Positions 1 to 7,604 of a stretch of 45,512 nucleotides of DNA are shown in pieces. The stretch's first letter is position 1. Each line of letters begins with the position of its first letter. Source of the stretch: a virus. Position numbers and translations under genes: made by a program. The stretch lies in the IMG/VR virus record IMGVR_UViG_3300048837_001975; one strand, 5' to 3'. The notes under the pieces are model-generated. The model did not search any database and was not told where the DNA came from. It saw only the letters and a list, made by a program, of their open reading frames with translations.

Positions 1-127
1 GTTATCAATTAAGGTTCCTTCCGCTCTTCAAGAACAAGCAGCCTATCATATTCTGCAGCGAGCATAGCTCCAGCAATTTCCAAACGTTTCTTGAAAGGTT
101 TTTTACATAGTCTATAAAACCATTCTT
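1..127. repeat. Terminal direct repeat, left copy. Identical to 45386-45512, indicating a circular or terminally redundant unit of about 45,385 bp.
   Basis: Base-by-base reading shows 1-127 equals 45386-45512. Confidence 0.95.
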
Positions 128-413
128 CATCCCAATTCTTTGGAAACCATATATCCTGAGGAAGTAATTCAGGATCGGACAAATGTTGTGCAGCTTCAAT
201 TAATTGATTGTCCGCATACCATTCCGGATGATCTGCGTGATGCTCACCAGTAAATCCGTGTTTATTCTTTTGATGGGTGCGCTCTAATCCAAAGTAATAG
301 ATCCCGTCCATTAAGACAGTTTCTTTTTGGGTGGTGCTTTTGTTTGCTAAAGCAAATTCTTCAGTAACGGTTTCTCCGGTTTCGGAGCTTCTGTGAATGA
401 TTTTTTTCTTCAT
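9..413 (-). CDS. Hypothetical protein (134 aa), His/Trp/acidic-rich; last gene of the leftward early operon
   Basis: ATG-start ORF co-oriented with its neighbours. In the circular map its stop is followed by the long hairpin at 45341-45393. No family recognised with confidence. Confidence 0.6.
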   Translation of the reverse strand: MKKKIIHRSSETGETVTEEFALANKSTTQKETVLMDGIYYFGLERTHQKNKHGFTGEHHADHPEWYADNQLIEAAQHLSDPELLPQDIWFPKNWDEEWFYRLCKKPFKKRLEIAGAMLAAEYDRLLVLEERKEP

Positions 414-426
414 GATATTTAAAAAT

Positions 427-534
427 TTAAAGGGTTAAAATAAGTGTAATGGCCAAGCCACCGCCAAGCGCAAAGCCAATGATTATGCCTTTCCAAAGGC
501 CAATGTCGTGGTACGATTTTTCAAGTTCGTTCAT
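427..534 (-). CDS. Small hydrophobic protein (35 aa, MNELEKSYHDIGLWKGIIIGFALGGGLAITLILTL)
   Basis: Hand-translated ATG ORF below the 60-aa track cutoff. It has one predicted TM helix and its start overlaps the 3-prime end of the upstream small ORF. Confidence 0.4.
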   Translation of the reverse strand: MNELEKSYHDIGLWKGIIIGFALGGGLAITLILTL

Positions 535-685
535 TGTTTTCTTCTTTAAGTTTCGGGTACATTTTATCTGCATACTCCGGACGGTCCAGGAGCAGCTGCA
601 ACTCTAATAATTCTGACACACTGCACGCTTTTAAAAAGCGCTCTGGTGTTACATCAATTTGATTTACGTAGTGGATGAAGGGCAT
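521..685 (-). CDS. Small hypothetical protein (54 aa, MPFIHYVNQIDVTPERFLKAC...)
   Basis: Hand-translated ATG ORF that fills the gap between 688-960 and 427-534 on the operon strand. Confidence 0.4.
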   Translation of the reverse strand: MPFIHYVNQIDVTPERFLKACSVSELLELQLLLDRPEYADKMYPKLKEENNERT

Positions 686-687
686 AG

Positions 688-960
688 TTATATTTTTTCA
701 ATAGATAATATCACGTACCCTTTTTTAATACCAAATTGATTTCCCTTTAAAACATGTGTAACTTTACGATGTAAAATTTCTCCTGTATATTCATCCTGCA
801 TTGGTTCTTCAGGGTCCCAATAATCTTTCGGGGTGAATTCTTCCAATAACAACTCATCACCTTTTTTGAAAAAACGATCGTTTTTTCGCACTTCGTAATT
901 CTTGATTCCGTCTTTTACTAATTGAAAAGGGATTGGCCAAGTTTTTAATTTATGGATCAT
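688..960 (-). CDS. DUF3850 / ASCH-like (PUA-fold) protein
   Basis: HKLKTWPIPFQLVKDGIKNYEVRKNDR-FKKGDEL-L-E and a C-terminal GYVILSI match the DUF3850 pattern. The ATG at 960 is preferred over the GTG at 966. Confidence 0.7.
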   Translation of the reverse strand: MIHKLKTWPIPFQLVKDGIKNYEVRKNDRFFKKGDELLLEEFTPKDYWDPEEPMQDEYTGEILHRKVTHVLKGNQFGIKKGYVILSIEKI

Positions 961-1115
961 AACCACTTTTTTTCAGGTTTAACTTTCTTTCTTAATTGTT
1001 TTTCGTGAAACTGTTTCGAGTTTGAAACTGTCCCGCCACTTGGCAGGTACCCACCCACTATGGGATGGGTTCCTGTTATCCAAAATTTGTTATTGTTTAT
1101 TTTCTCCAGTTCCAT
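957..1115 (-). CDS. Possible small protein (52 aa, MELEKINNNKFWITG...)
   Basis: ATG ORF whose stop overlaps the start of the next gene in an ATGA junction (957-960). The long 957-1292 version overlaps the OMP gene and is rejected. Confidence 0.3.
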   Translation of the reverse strand: MELEKINNNKFWITGTHPIVGGYLPSGGTVSNSKQFHEKQLRKKVKPEKKWL

Positions 1116-1621
1116 CGGTATCCAATTTTTAAATAAAAATTCTCGCGCCAAATTTCTGGCCACTGCATTGCCTTCATATCGCCCCGGTAAATGTAGGATC
1201 CATTCACGCCTAGTAATATTCCGGAAGGGAAGGTATATTCCGCACCGCCTTCTACACCGCCTATGGCATTGCCTCCAGCGGCATTGCGCCAAGCTACACC
1301 TACACGGCCGCCCAGGTACATTGAAATTTGTTCTTTCTCCCCAATGGTGAAGCGGGGCCCTAAGGAACCGTGTACATCAAAATAGCCTCCGGGAAGTTCT
1401 GCAAAACTTTCAAAGCCGGCACGGACGTAGACCGGGCCATTGTATTCGATATCTATCCCGATATCCAATCCGCTTTCTTTGATACTTGCGCCTGGATCTA
1501 CATACAAAGAAGCTGCAAAGCTTTCCGTTTTGCCCAGGCGAAACTGTGCCGTGACGAAGGTCACGTTCATCAATAGCACGATGGCTATTGCCATTTTTAA
1601 AATTGTTACATTTGTTTTCAT
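1097..1621 (-). CDS. Outer-membrane beta-barrel-like protein with signal peptide (moron candidate)
   Basis: N-terminal signal peptide (MKTNVTILKMAIAIVLLMNVTFVTAQ). Alternating hydrophobic/Gly-rich beta-strand pattern and an aromatic-rich C-terminus (YLKIGYRWNW), as in small OmpX/OmpW-like barrels. Confidence 0.6.
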   Translation of the reverse strand: MKTNVTILKMAIAIVLLMNVTFVTAQFRLGKTESFAASLYVDPGASIKESGLDIGIDIEYNGPVYVRAGFESFAELPGGYFDVHGSLGPRFTIGEKEQISMYLGGRVGVAWRNAAGGNAIGGVEGGAEYTFPSGILLGVNGSYIYRGDMKAMQWPEIWRENFYLKIGYRWNWRK

Positions 1622-1691
1622 GATTTTTAATCTGTTAAGGGTTATTAATTTAGAAGGGTGGTGTGCTTTCCTAGGGCGCCGCCCTTTGCTT

Positions 1692-1799
1692 TTAGTTCAT
1701 TTCATTATTTTCATCGTAATAAGCATTTCGTATTGCTGAAATAATTACAGCAATCCCAATGATGATCCAGGCAATTATTATTATCCAAATCCAGTTCAT
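1692..1799 (-). CDS. Small membrane protein (35 aa, MNWIWIIIIAWIIIGIAVIISAIRNAYYDENNEMN)
   Basis: Hand-translated ORF with an ATGA overlap to the stop of 1796-2068 and a single TM helix. Confidence 0.4.
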   Translation of the reverse strand: MNWIWIIIIAWIIIGIAVIISAIRNAYYDENNEMN

Positions 1800-2068
1800 T
1801 GGTTCATACTTTTTAGGCGTTCCAAACGCTGTTTTTCTTTTTTGGCAATACGCTTTTTGCGTTGGTAGGCTTTTATTTTTCTCCGGAAGAATCCTACTAC
1901 CTCATTCCCAAAAATGAAAAGCCAGGGGAGGGGCCAAAAGATGGCCACCAACGGGATCAATATTTTATCGGTTTTGGTTTTCTCCTTATCAGCTGGAGAG
2001 CAAACCCAATAGGTGTATGCGCCGATAGCGATGTACAGGGTGATTAGTGTTAGGATTTTTGTTTTCAT
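1796..2068 (-). CDS. Membrane protein (90 aa) with a basic C-terminal tail
   Basis: Two hydrophobic segments followed by a Lys/Arg-rich tail. Operon-consistent, with a 4-nt overlap to the upstream gene. Confidence 0.55.
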   Translation of the reverse strand: MKTKILTLITLYIAIGAYTYWVCSPADKEKTKTDKILIPLVAIFWPLPWLFIFGNEVVGFFRRKIKAYQRKKRIAKKEKQRLERLKSMNQ

Positions 2069-2361
2069 ATTTCGTTTTTTACTAAATAAATACTAGCGTG
2101 AAATGCAGTGTTCAATGAAACAGTTTCCATATCATCAATATCCATTTTGAATTGATGGAAATTGATTTCTGCAGGATGGCACCGGTGATGCTTTCTATTC
2201 AATTTCACAACAGCATTCCGCAGTAAATTCCTGAATCCATTTAATGCATCATCTCCAGTAATTAGAGTTCCATCGAGAGCCAAAACATAATCTTTGATTT
2301 CTAAATACAGATTATTCTTAGGGCTGTATCGCGCGTTAACTTTGAAGAAGTATTTTTTCAT
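2065..2361 (-). CDS. Hypothetical protein (98 aa)
   Basis: ATG ORF tightly packed in the operon. Confidence 0.55.
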   Translation of the reverse strand: MKKYFFKVNARYSPKNNLYLEIKDYVLALDGTLITGDDALNGFRNLLRNAVVKLNRKHHRCHPAEINFHQFKMDIDDMETVSLNTAFHASIYLVKNEI

Positions 2362-2364
2362 AGC

Positions 2365-3090
2365 TTAAAAAATTACGGTTCTAATTGAATTTTTGAAATT
2401 GTACACCCTTTCAATATTATATATGTACAACTTTGGGCTTGCTTGTTTATCCATTTCGTTTGGAGCTTCAGAGATTTTTCTCTTCAGAACTTCAAAGTCG
2501 CAAAGTCCTTTGTCTTGTAATTTTTGAACGGCCATAATCAGGTTACGGTCATTCCAAAATTTATATCTATCAAAAAGTTTTCTTGTTAATTCTATTAACT
2601 GAGAACTTTCTTCAAAATAGTTTACTTTAAATTCTCCGTCTCTGAACTTATCCATCCCACCTTGTCCGGATGCAATTTTATAGAACATTAGTAGATCTAT
2701 TGAAACAGTATAAATTGTCTCATAGGTTTTCATAAATTCCTTCAGAATTTTATAATCTTCAACACCCAGACGGACATAACAGTCAAGAAAATCTTTACTG
2801 CCCCACTTATCGCTTCGTGAATTGAGCCTGGCAATCTGTTTTAAGTTTAATGGTTCACATTCTACATAGAATACAGGCTCTTCCAAACGAACGGAAGTTT
2901 CAAATCTATGTTGGCCATCTACTATTTTTAGTTTTCCATTTTCCGGATATACTATAATTGGACAATAAGGGAGCAGGTTCAAACCTTTATTAATGTCATC
3001 CATCAATCGCTCTACCTTTTTTTCATTGATAACCCGGTTCCCCAGGATAGTATCAAACTTTTCGTAATCTTTTGTTGTTTTAATTTCCAT
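2365..3090 (-). CDS. ParB/Sulfiredoxin-like N-terminal domain protein (DGQHR motif)
   Basis: The sequence KIVDGQHRFETSV is the ParB/Srx-type (DGQHR) phosphate-binding motif and sits in the expected N-terminal position. Confidence 0.7.
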   Translation of the reverse strand: MEIKTTKDYEKFDTILGNRVINEKKVERLMDDINKGLNLLPYCPIIVYPENGKLKIVDGQHRFETSVRLEEPVFYVECEPLNLKQIARLNSRSDKWGSKDFLDCYVRLGVEDYKILKEFMKTYETIYTVSIDLLMFYKIASGQGGMDKFRDGEFKVNYFEESSQLIELTRKLFDRYKFWNDRNLIMAVQKLQDKGLCDFEVLKRKISEAPNEMDKQASPKLYIYNIERVYNFKNSIRTVIF

Positions 3091-3322
3091 TTTTAAACGT
3101 GTTATTGGTTATTTCTATCAATCTCCAGAGGGAGTACATTCTTACCTTTTCGTACATTCTTTCATCATCTTCATAATTCATAATGTAGCGGAGCGCTCTA
3201 GCGCTTTTCTTTACTTCTTCCTCAGTATTGCTCTGGGAGAATATTTTTGATATTTCTAACGGATGGTACATCATACGTCCAAGGATGAAATGGGTACATA
3301 GATCATATCGTTCCTCAGCCAC
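3080..3322 (-). CDS. Hypothetical protein (80 aa)
   Basis: ATG ORF in the operon. It overlaps the upstream ORF, so an internal Met start is possible. Confidence 0.5.
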   Translation of the reverse strand: MAEERYDLCTHFILGRMMYHPLEISKIFSQSNTEEEVKKSARALRYIMNYEDDERMYEKVRMYSLWRLIEITNNTFKNGN

Positions 3323-3522
3323 TCGGCGAGCTCGCCCGGATCTGTTTCCAGTGAAATGATTTCGGGCTTATTGTCAAACTTTCCGGTTATCATACTTTTT
3401 AACCAGAAAGGTTGGCCGCGTTTTAATGTTCGGCTATCAATTTTTAGATCCTCCGGTTCCGCTTTTCGTAACTTGATTGTTACCTGAACAACTTCCTGTT
3501 TTTCTGAAATTAAATTTTCCAT
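3271..3522 (-). CDS. Hypothetical protein (83 aa from the ATG at 3522)
   Basis: The track ORF starts at a GTG (3564) that lies inside a repeat copy. The first ATG (MENLISEKQ) at 3522 is preferred. Confidence 0.5.
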   Translation of the reverse strand: MENLISEKQEVVQVTIKLRKAEPEDLKIDSRTLKRGQPFWLKSMITGKFDNKPEIISLETDPGELAEWLRNDMIYVPISSLDV

Positions 3523-3550
3523 AGCTCTCGCGTTATAGTGAAAATGGGTT

Positions 3551-3726
3551 TTTAGTTTCAACACATCTACACCGTTGATTTTCAGTTAATTAATTCTTAA
3601 TTTGTGTTGAAATGGTTTGATTCTTAAAACAACTTCAAACACTTTCAAACCGTTTCAACACCTTTTTTTTTAATTCAATTTCTTCATTTTTAATAGTTTA
3701 TAGAATGTGTTGAAACGTTTGAAACT
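3551..3726. promoter_or_regulatory. Iteron cluster plus AT-rich tract: candidate replication origin or early regulatory region
   Basis: GTGTTGAAA(C/T) occurs four times: plus strand at 3604-3620 and 3707-3726, minus strand at 3645-3661 and 3551-3564. The first three extend to GTGTTGAAAYG(G)TTTGA. An A/T-rich tract (3661-3705) lies between them, and the cluster is immediately downstream of the primase-helicase gene. Confidence 0.5.
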
Positions 3727-6700
3727 CAAAACGGCAATTCGCCCCCGTCTTTATCATTGTTTTTTTCTTCAGGGGTTGCAGGGGACGGAAACAAAGAGTT
3801 TTCGTGCACCTGAAAATCTACAGCAAACTTGATCTCGTCAGAAATCGGGATCTGCTGAAGGTTTACCTGATAGGCGCTTGTAGCTTTGCTATCGCGCCCA
3901 GGAGCAAACCGAACCCCGGATATTGCATCTACCCACGCCTTGTCTTTTTTCAAGCTGTCCATCATCACGCCTTTTGCCGGAGCAGAATCCCTATACTGTA
4001 CATACCACTGCCTGGACACACGGTTGTAGCAGCTCGTAAAATTGAAGTAGAGATTGTCGCCCTCCAGCTTGAGATCCCTGCCAACTTTAATTTGGTCCGC
4101 AAGCGTTCCCCGCATCGATGCCAGGAAACAATCCCACCATCTATTAATGATGCTGGCCGTACTCATTTTATTCATCTGCAGTTCGATTGTTTTATCGAAA
4201 TGCGCCATCATTTCTACGTGGGTAAAAGGGAAGTGTACTTCCGGAACATTCTGAAACATTTGAAAGAAGGTTCCCAAAACCGAAAGGTTCGTGACCATAC
4301 GACTATTTGCCTCTTCATGTCGCTGTGAAAGCGTCGCTTTAAATTCCCTGAATTTAACTTTGAAATTATTTTTTACCGCTTCCCTATGGGCTAGAAATAC
4401 ATCCGTAAAACCGGATATCCCTTTTTTGTTCATATCGGCAAGTTTCTCATATTCCTTAATCTCAGCATCGTCAAAGCTTGTTTTGTCCATAAAATTCCAA
4501 ATCAATCGCGTGATCAATGCTTCCTGATCGGGCGCATAGTTGCCAGTCATAATTACGGACGAAAGAATCGGGATGCTTTCCGTACCCACGTGGCTATCTA
4601 TATTTCCACGTTTATAACCGCGACGGTCCCAAAGGCCTTTAAGAACACCGTCAAGTTTGGGATCTCCATTTTTATATTCCGAGAGCTGCGATATCGTATT
4701 TGCGAATTGAGCAAATTCCCGAACCTGTGCTTTAATGGTACTTACACCACCCTCAAGGTTGATTGCCGTTTGTGGATGGCCAAAAAAACTTTGGCAACAA
4801 TCGGCTAGAAGATCTTTTCCTGATGAAGCTGGTCCAAAAAGGAACAGCATTGGAAATGAATTGATTTGAGAAACAACTATATCCTGGAACATACTGGCCA
4901 CGGAAAATAAAATTCCCATCATTCCGTGGTTCCGGTGAACCTTAATTACTTGAGCAGCATAATTTTGAAAAGTCAGTTTCTCCGGAGAAATTGAAATCAA
5001 TTTCTTTTGTGCCTCAAATTTGTAAAGATTATTACGATAGATCTGGTTGGCTGATGGAACGTAATACATGACATCATCCTTTTCAAAAACTCCATTTTCA
5101 TCAATGGCAATTGGATCTTTTTTTGGTACGGTAATTTTATTGTTCCAAACCCAAAATCCTTCAGGTTGCCAACCAAGTACGTCAACCTTTCGGCCGGTGC
5201 CCATTCCATCAAATAAGTAAGTCTTTAGCAGTTCGTGTTCTTTGCGGCCACCCTTCCATCTAAAATTACCGTGCGCCGTAACCGCATTTTCAAATGCCTG
5301 AGGCGAATTCATATCTGCAGACTGCATATCAAAAATGCGCTCGAGATTATGAATGTTTTTTATGCGGACCAATTTCATTGGAAATTTTTCGTCCTGCATA
5401 TGCTGAATAATTTCAATGCTGAAATTAGAAACCGATCTAAAATGGTATGGCGGCCCTTCGTTACTTTGAACCCAAATTTGATTATTTGCCTGGAACATTT
5501 CGTATCTTTCGATTGTTGGGCGAAGCTTTTCAATGGGTTCTTTAATTCCTTCCGGAAGCTCATAAAAAGTATCTGGCTGCCACTTCACCTCAATTTCATT
5601 TATTTCGGCCTCCTTCATATACTTTTTAAGTTGGGTAACAGTTGTACTGCTTTCCTTGGCAAGCCATTTTAAGTACAGATCCTGCATTGAAACATCTTCA
5701 ATCTTTGCAATTATCTCTGTTAACTTTTTTGCCTCCTGTGCAATTCCTACGGCATCTTTATCCTTAAAAGAATGGTCCATTAAAAACTTAAATCCATCCT
5801 CCCGGTATGTTACTTTATCCAATTCCTTCAAACCTTCAGCTTGAATAGTTTTTTCATATAGACGGACAAAATCATCAGGATCTATTCCTGGTGTAAGCGC
5901 TACAATTTGAACACGGAATTGAAGCTTCATAAATTCAGGAATGTATTTCAGCATAGCTTTTATTCCGGCGGGATCCTGATCCAAACAAAAAACAATGCGA
6001 TCGCATAATTTTCTCAAAAGCTTCATTTGCTTTATAGCTATTGCTGTTCCACAGGATGCTATAGTATTTTTAATACCGTGTGTTTGCCAGGCAATCACAT
6101 CATTATATCCTTCAACCAACCAAGCTTCACCTTTTTTCACAATACTTTCCCTGGCTTCGTGAAGACCGTACCAAAAAGAATCTTTTTTGTAGAGCTCACT
6201 GTCTGAAGAATTGAGCCACTTGGCATACTTTTTATCGGTAGATAAACTACGCCCAGCAAGCCCCACAGGTAACAGGGAAGACCCTTTGCGCTCTATTAGG
6301 GGGTAGATTACACGATCTACCCACTTATCGGTATTTTTGTCTGATACAAGACCTATTTCCTGAGCATCCTTAACGCGGCCTTGTTCTTTGCACAGATTAT
6401 AAATAAACTGGTTACCGGGGGCGTAGCCAATTCTATATTCTTCCGCAATTTCTTTTGTGTATTTTCTTTTCCCGTAAACCTCCAGCTTTGCACGATGATC
6501 TTCCGGCAGTGCGTGGAACTGCTCTTCATATTTACGGATGGTAGCTTCCAAAAGTGGGCGCAGCGCTTCCCTTTTTTCCTGCTTTTCGTGATACAATTTT
6601 GCTTGTTGGCTATCCTCATATTCCAATTCAATGGAATATTTTCTTGCCAAAGTTTCAATGGCTTCAGGATATGTGCAACCGGTCCTCGCCATTACAAAAG

Positions 6701-6914
6701 ATATTGCTGAGTTGCCACCCTTACCGGATGAAAAATCTTTCCAAATACCTTTGGATGGAGAAACCATAAAGCTTCCGGACTGTTCATCAGTCCAGGGGGA
6801 AAGTCCTTTAAAGGTGGCACCTGATTTTTTTAGGTCCACATAGTCCCTAATTACTTCAACCAGGTCTGAAGCTTCCCAGATTTTTTCGATGATATCTTTT
6901 TTTATGAATGGCAT
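3726..6914 (-). CDS. DNA primase (DnaG-like N-terminus + TOPRIM) fused to a P-loop helicase/NTPase domain
   Basis: The N-terminus aligns to the CHC2 primase zinc-ribbon region, but all four ligand positions are substituted. TOPRIM signature: WLVEGYNDV ... CLDQDPAG. Walker A: LFGPASSGKD in the C-terminal half. Confidence 0.85.
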   Translation of the reverse strand: MPFIKKDIIEKIWEASDLVEVIRDYVDLKKSGATFKGLSPWTDEQSGSFMVSPSKGIWKDFSSGKGGNSAISFVMARTGCTYPEAIETLARKYSIELEYEDSQQAKLYHEKQEKREALRPLLEATIRKYEEQFHALPEDHRAKLEVYGKRKYTKEIAEEYRIGYAPGNQFIYNLCKEQGRVKDAQEIGLVSDKNTDKWVDRVIYPLIERKGSSLLPVGLAGRSLSTDKKYAKWLNSSDSELYKKDSFWYGLHEARESIVKKGEAWLVEGYNDVIAWQTHGIKNTIASCGTAIAIKQMKLLRKLCDRIVFCLDQDPAGIKAMLKYIPEFMKLQFRVQIVALTPGIDPDDFVRLYEKTIQAEGLKELDKVTYREDGFKFLMDHSFKDKDAVGIAQEAKKLTEIIAKIEDVSMQDLYLKWLAKESSTTVTQLKKYMKEAEINEIEVKWQPDTFYELPEGIKEPIEKLRPTIERYEMFQANNQIWVQSNEGPPYHFRSVSNFSIEIIQHMQDEKFPMKLVRIKNIHNLERIFDMQSADMNSPQAFENAVTAHGNFRWKGGRKEHELLKTYLFDGMGTGRKVDVLGWQPEGFWVWNNKITVPKKDPIAIDENGVFEKDDVMYYVPSANQIYRNNLYKFEAQKKLISISPEKLTFQNYAAQVIKVHRNHGMMGILFSVASMFQDIVVSQINSFPMLFLFGPASSGKDLLADCCQSFFGHPQTAINLEGGVSTIKAQVREFAQFANTISQLSEYKNGDPKLDGVLKGLWDRRGYKRGNIDSHVGTESIPILSSVIMTGNYAPDQEALITRLIWNFMDKTSFDDAEIKEYEKLADMNKKGISGFTDVFLAHREAVKNNFKVKFREFKATLSQRHEEANSRMVTNLSVLGTFFQMFQNVPEVHFPFTHVEMMAHFDKTIELQMNKMSTASIINRWWDCFLASMRGTLADQIKVGRDLKLEGDNLYFNFTSCYNRVSRQWYVQYRDSAPAKGVMMDSLKKDKAWVDAISGVRFAPGRDSKATSAYQVNLQQIPISDEIKFAVDFQVHENSLFPSPATPEEKNNDKDGGELPF

Positions 6915-7054
6915 TTATTTGGGGCTTCTACTGTGTTCAACATATGTGCTGCACTTAGGGCAGCTGTTATTTTGTTCGCTGTGTCGGCGGCATAATCCAT
7001 CGACATATAAGTATTTTCACGCAATACTTTTATTGTGATTTCTTCCGGTGTCAT
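6902..7054 (-). CDS. Small hypothetical protein (50 aa, MTPEEITIKVLRENTY...)
   Basis: Hand-translated ATG ORF. ATGA junction with the upstream ORF at 7051-7054; its 3-prime end overlaps the primase start. Confidence 0.35.
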   Translation of the reverse strand: MTPEEITIKVLRENTYMSMDYAADTANKITAALSAAHMLNTVEAPNKCHS

Positions 7055-7197
7055 ATTGATAGCTTTTCAATTTCACTTAAAATGGGCGCACACAACTTTT
7101 TCTTTTCCTCAGGTGTGAACAAATCACTTTCCTGGTATTGCTTTAGGTTTGCCCGTAGCAGGTTTAGTTTTGATTGGGTTGGGGTTTCGGGGGTCAT
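7051..7197 (-). CDS. Small hypothetical protein (48 aa, MTPETPTQSKLNLLRANLKQ...)
   Basis: Hand-translated ATG ORF with ATGA junctions at both ends (7194-7197 and 7051-7054). Confidence 0.4.
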   Translation of the reverse strand: MTPETPTQSKLNLLRANLKQYQESDLFTPEEKKKLCAPILSEIEKLSI

Positions 7198-7604
7198 TCT
7201 ATTTCCTCTAAATCATTAGTTGTTTCAAAAAATGTTTTCATTTTGAGTAGATCATCAAGGTTGAATGATTTTCTCTTTAGTCTTCCCTTTATTTGCTTCT
7301 TGGTTAATTCAACCCCGAACAAATCAAAATTTACATCTGCATCATCGAAGTCATAAGCTTCACCAGTTTCCAACCATTGATATTTTTTCTTAAATAAGTA
7401 AAGAAGGGTTAATTCAGCCTGGTATTTTTCTCCATCGAAAAAACCCACACAATCCGCAGCTGTAATATCCAAGAGATAAAGCTTGTCTTCCAGCGTCATG
7501 CTTTTTACCTTTTCAAGAAAAAGCATTTGAGTATCGTTGAAATAATGCGTGATTGCATTATTATCTAGATAGCTATCTTCCCGATCGTCTAACCATTTTC
7601 CCAT
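7194..7604 (-). CDS. Acidic hypothetical protein (136 aa from the ATG at 7604; the track ORF extends to a TTG at 7679)
   Basis: The first ATG (MGKWLDDRED) is preceded by an A/T-rich stretch. The TTG-extended version would translate through a tRNA-like T-arm. Confidence 0.55.
   Translation of the reverse strand: MGKWLDDREDSYLDNNAITHYFNDTQMLFLEKVKSMTLEDKLYLLDITAADCVGFFDGEKYQAELTLLYLFKKKYQWLETGEAYDFDDADVNFDLFGVELTKKQIKGRLKRKSFNLDDLLKMKTFFETTNDLEEIE

Noticed and set aside
957-1350. The long 957-1292 (-) and 1060-1350 (+) ORFs overlapping the OMP-like gene
   Set aside because: Both overlap the well-supported signal-peptide/beta-barrel ORF in other frames and give Arg/Cys/His-rich odd compositions. 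Only the short 957-1115 portion with ATGA coupling is kept, at low confidence.
3804-6843. Numerous plus-strand ORFs of 60-174 aa inside the primase-helicase gene (for example 3804-4328, 5235-5672, 6381-6710)
   Set aside because: All are antisense to a 1062-aa ORF that has clear TOPRIM and Walker A motifs. They have no independent signals and are typical shadow ORFs.
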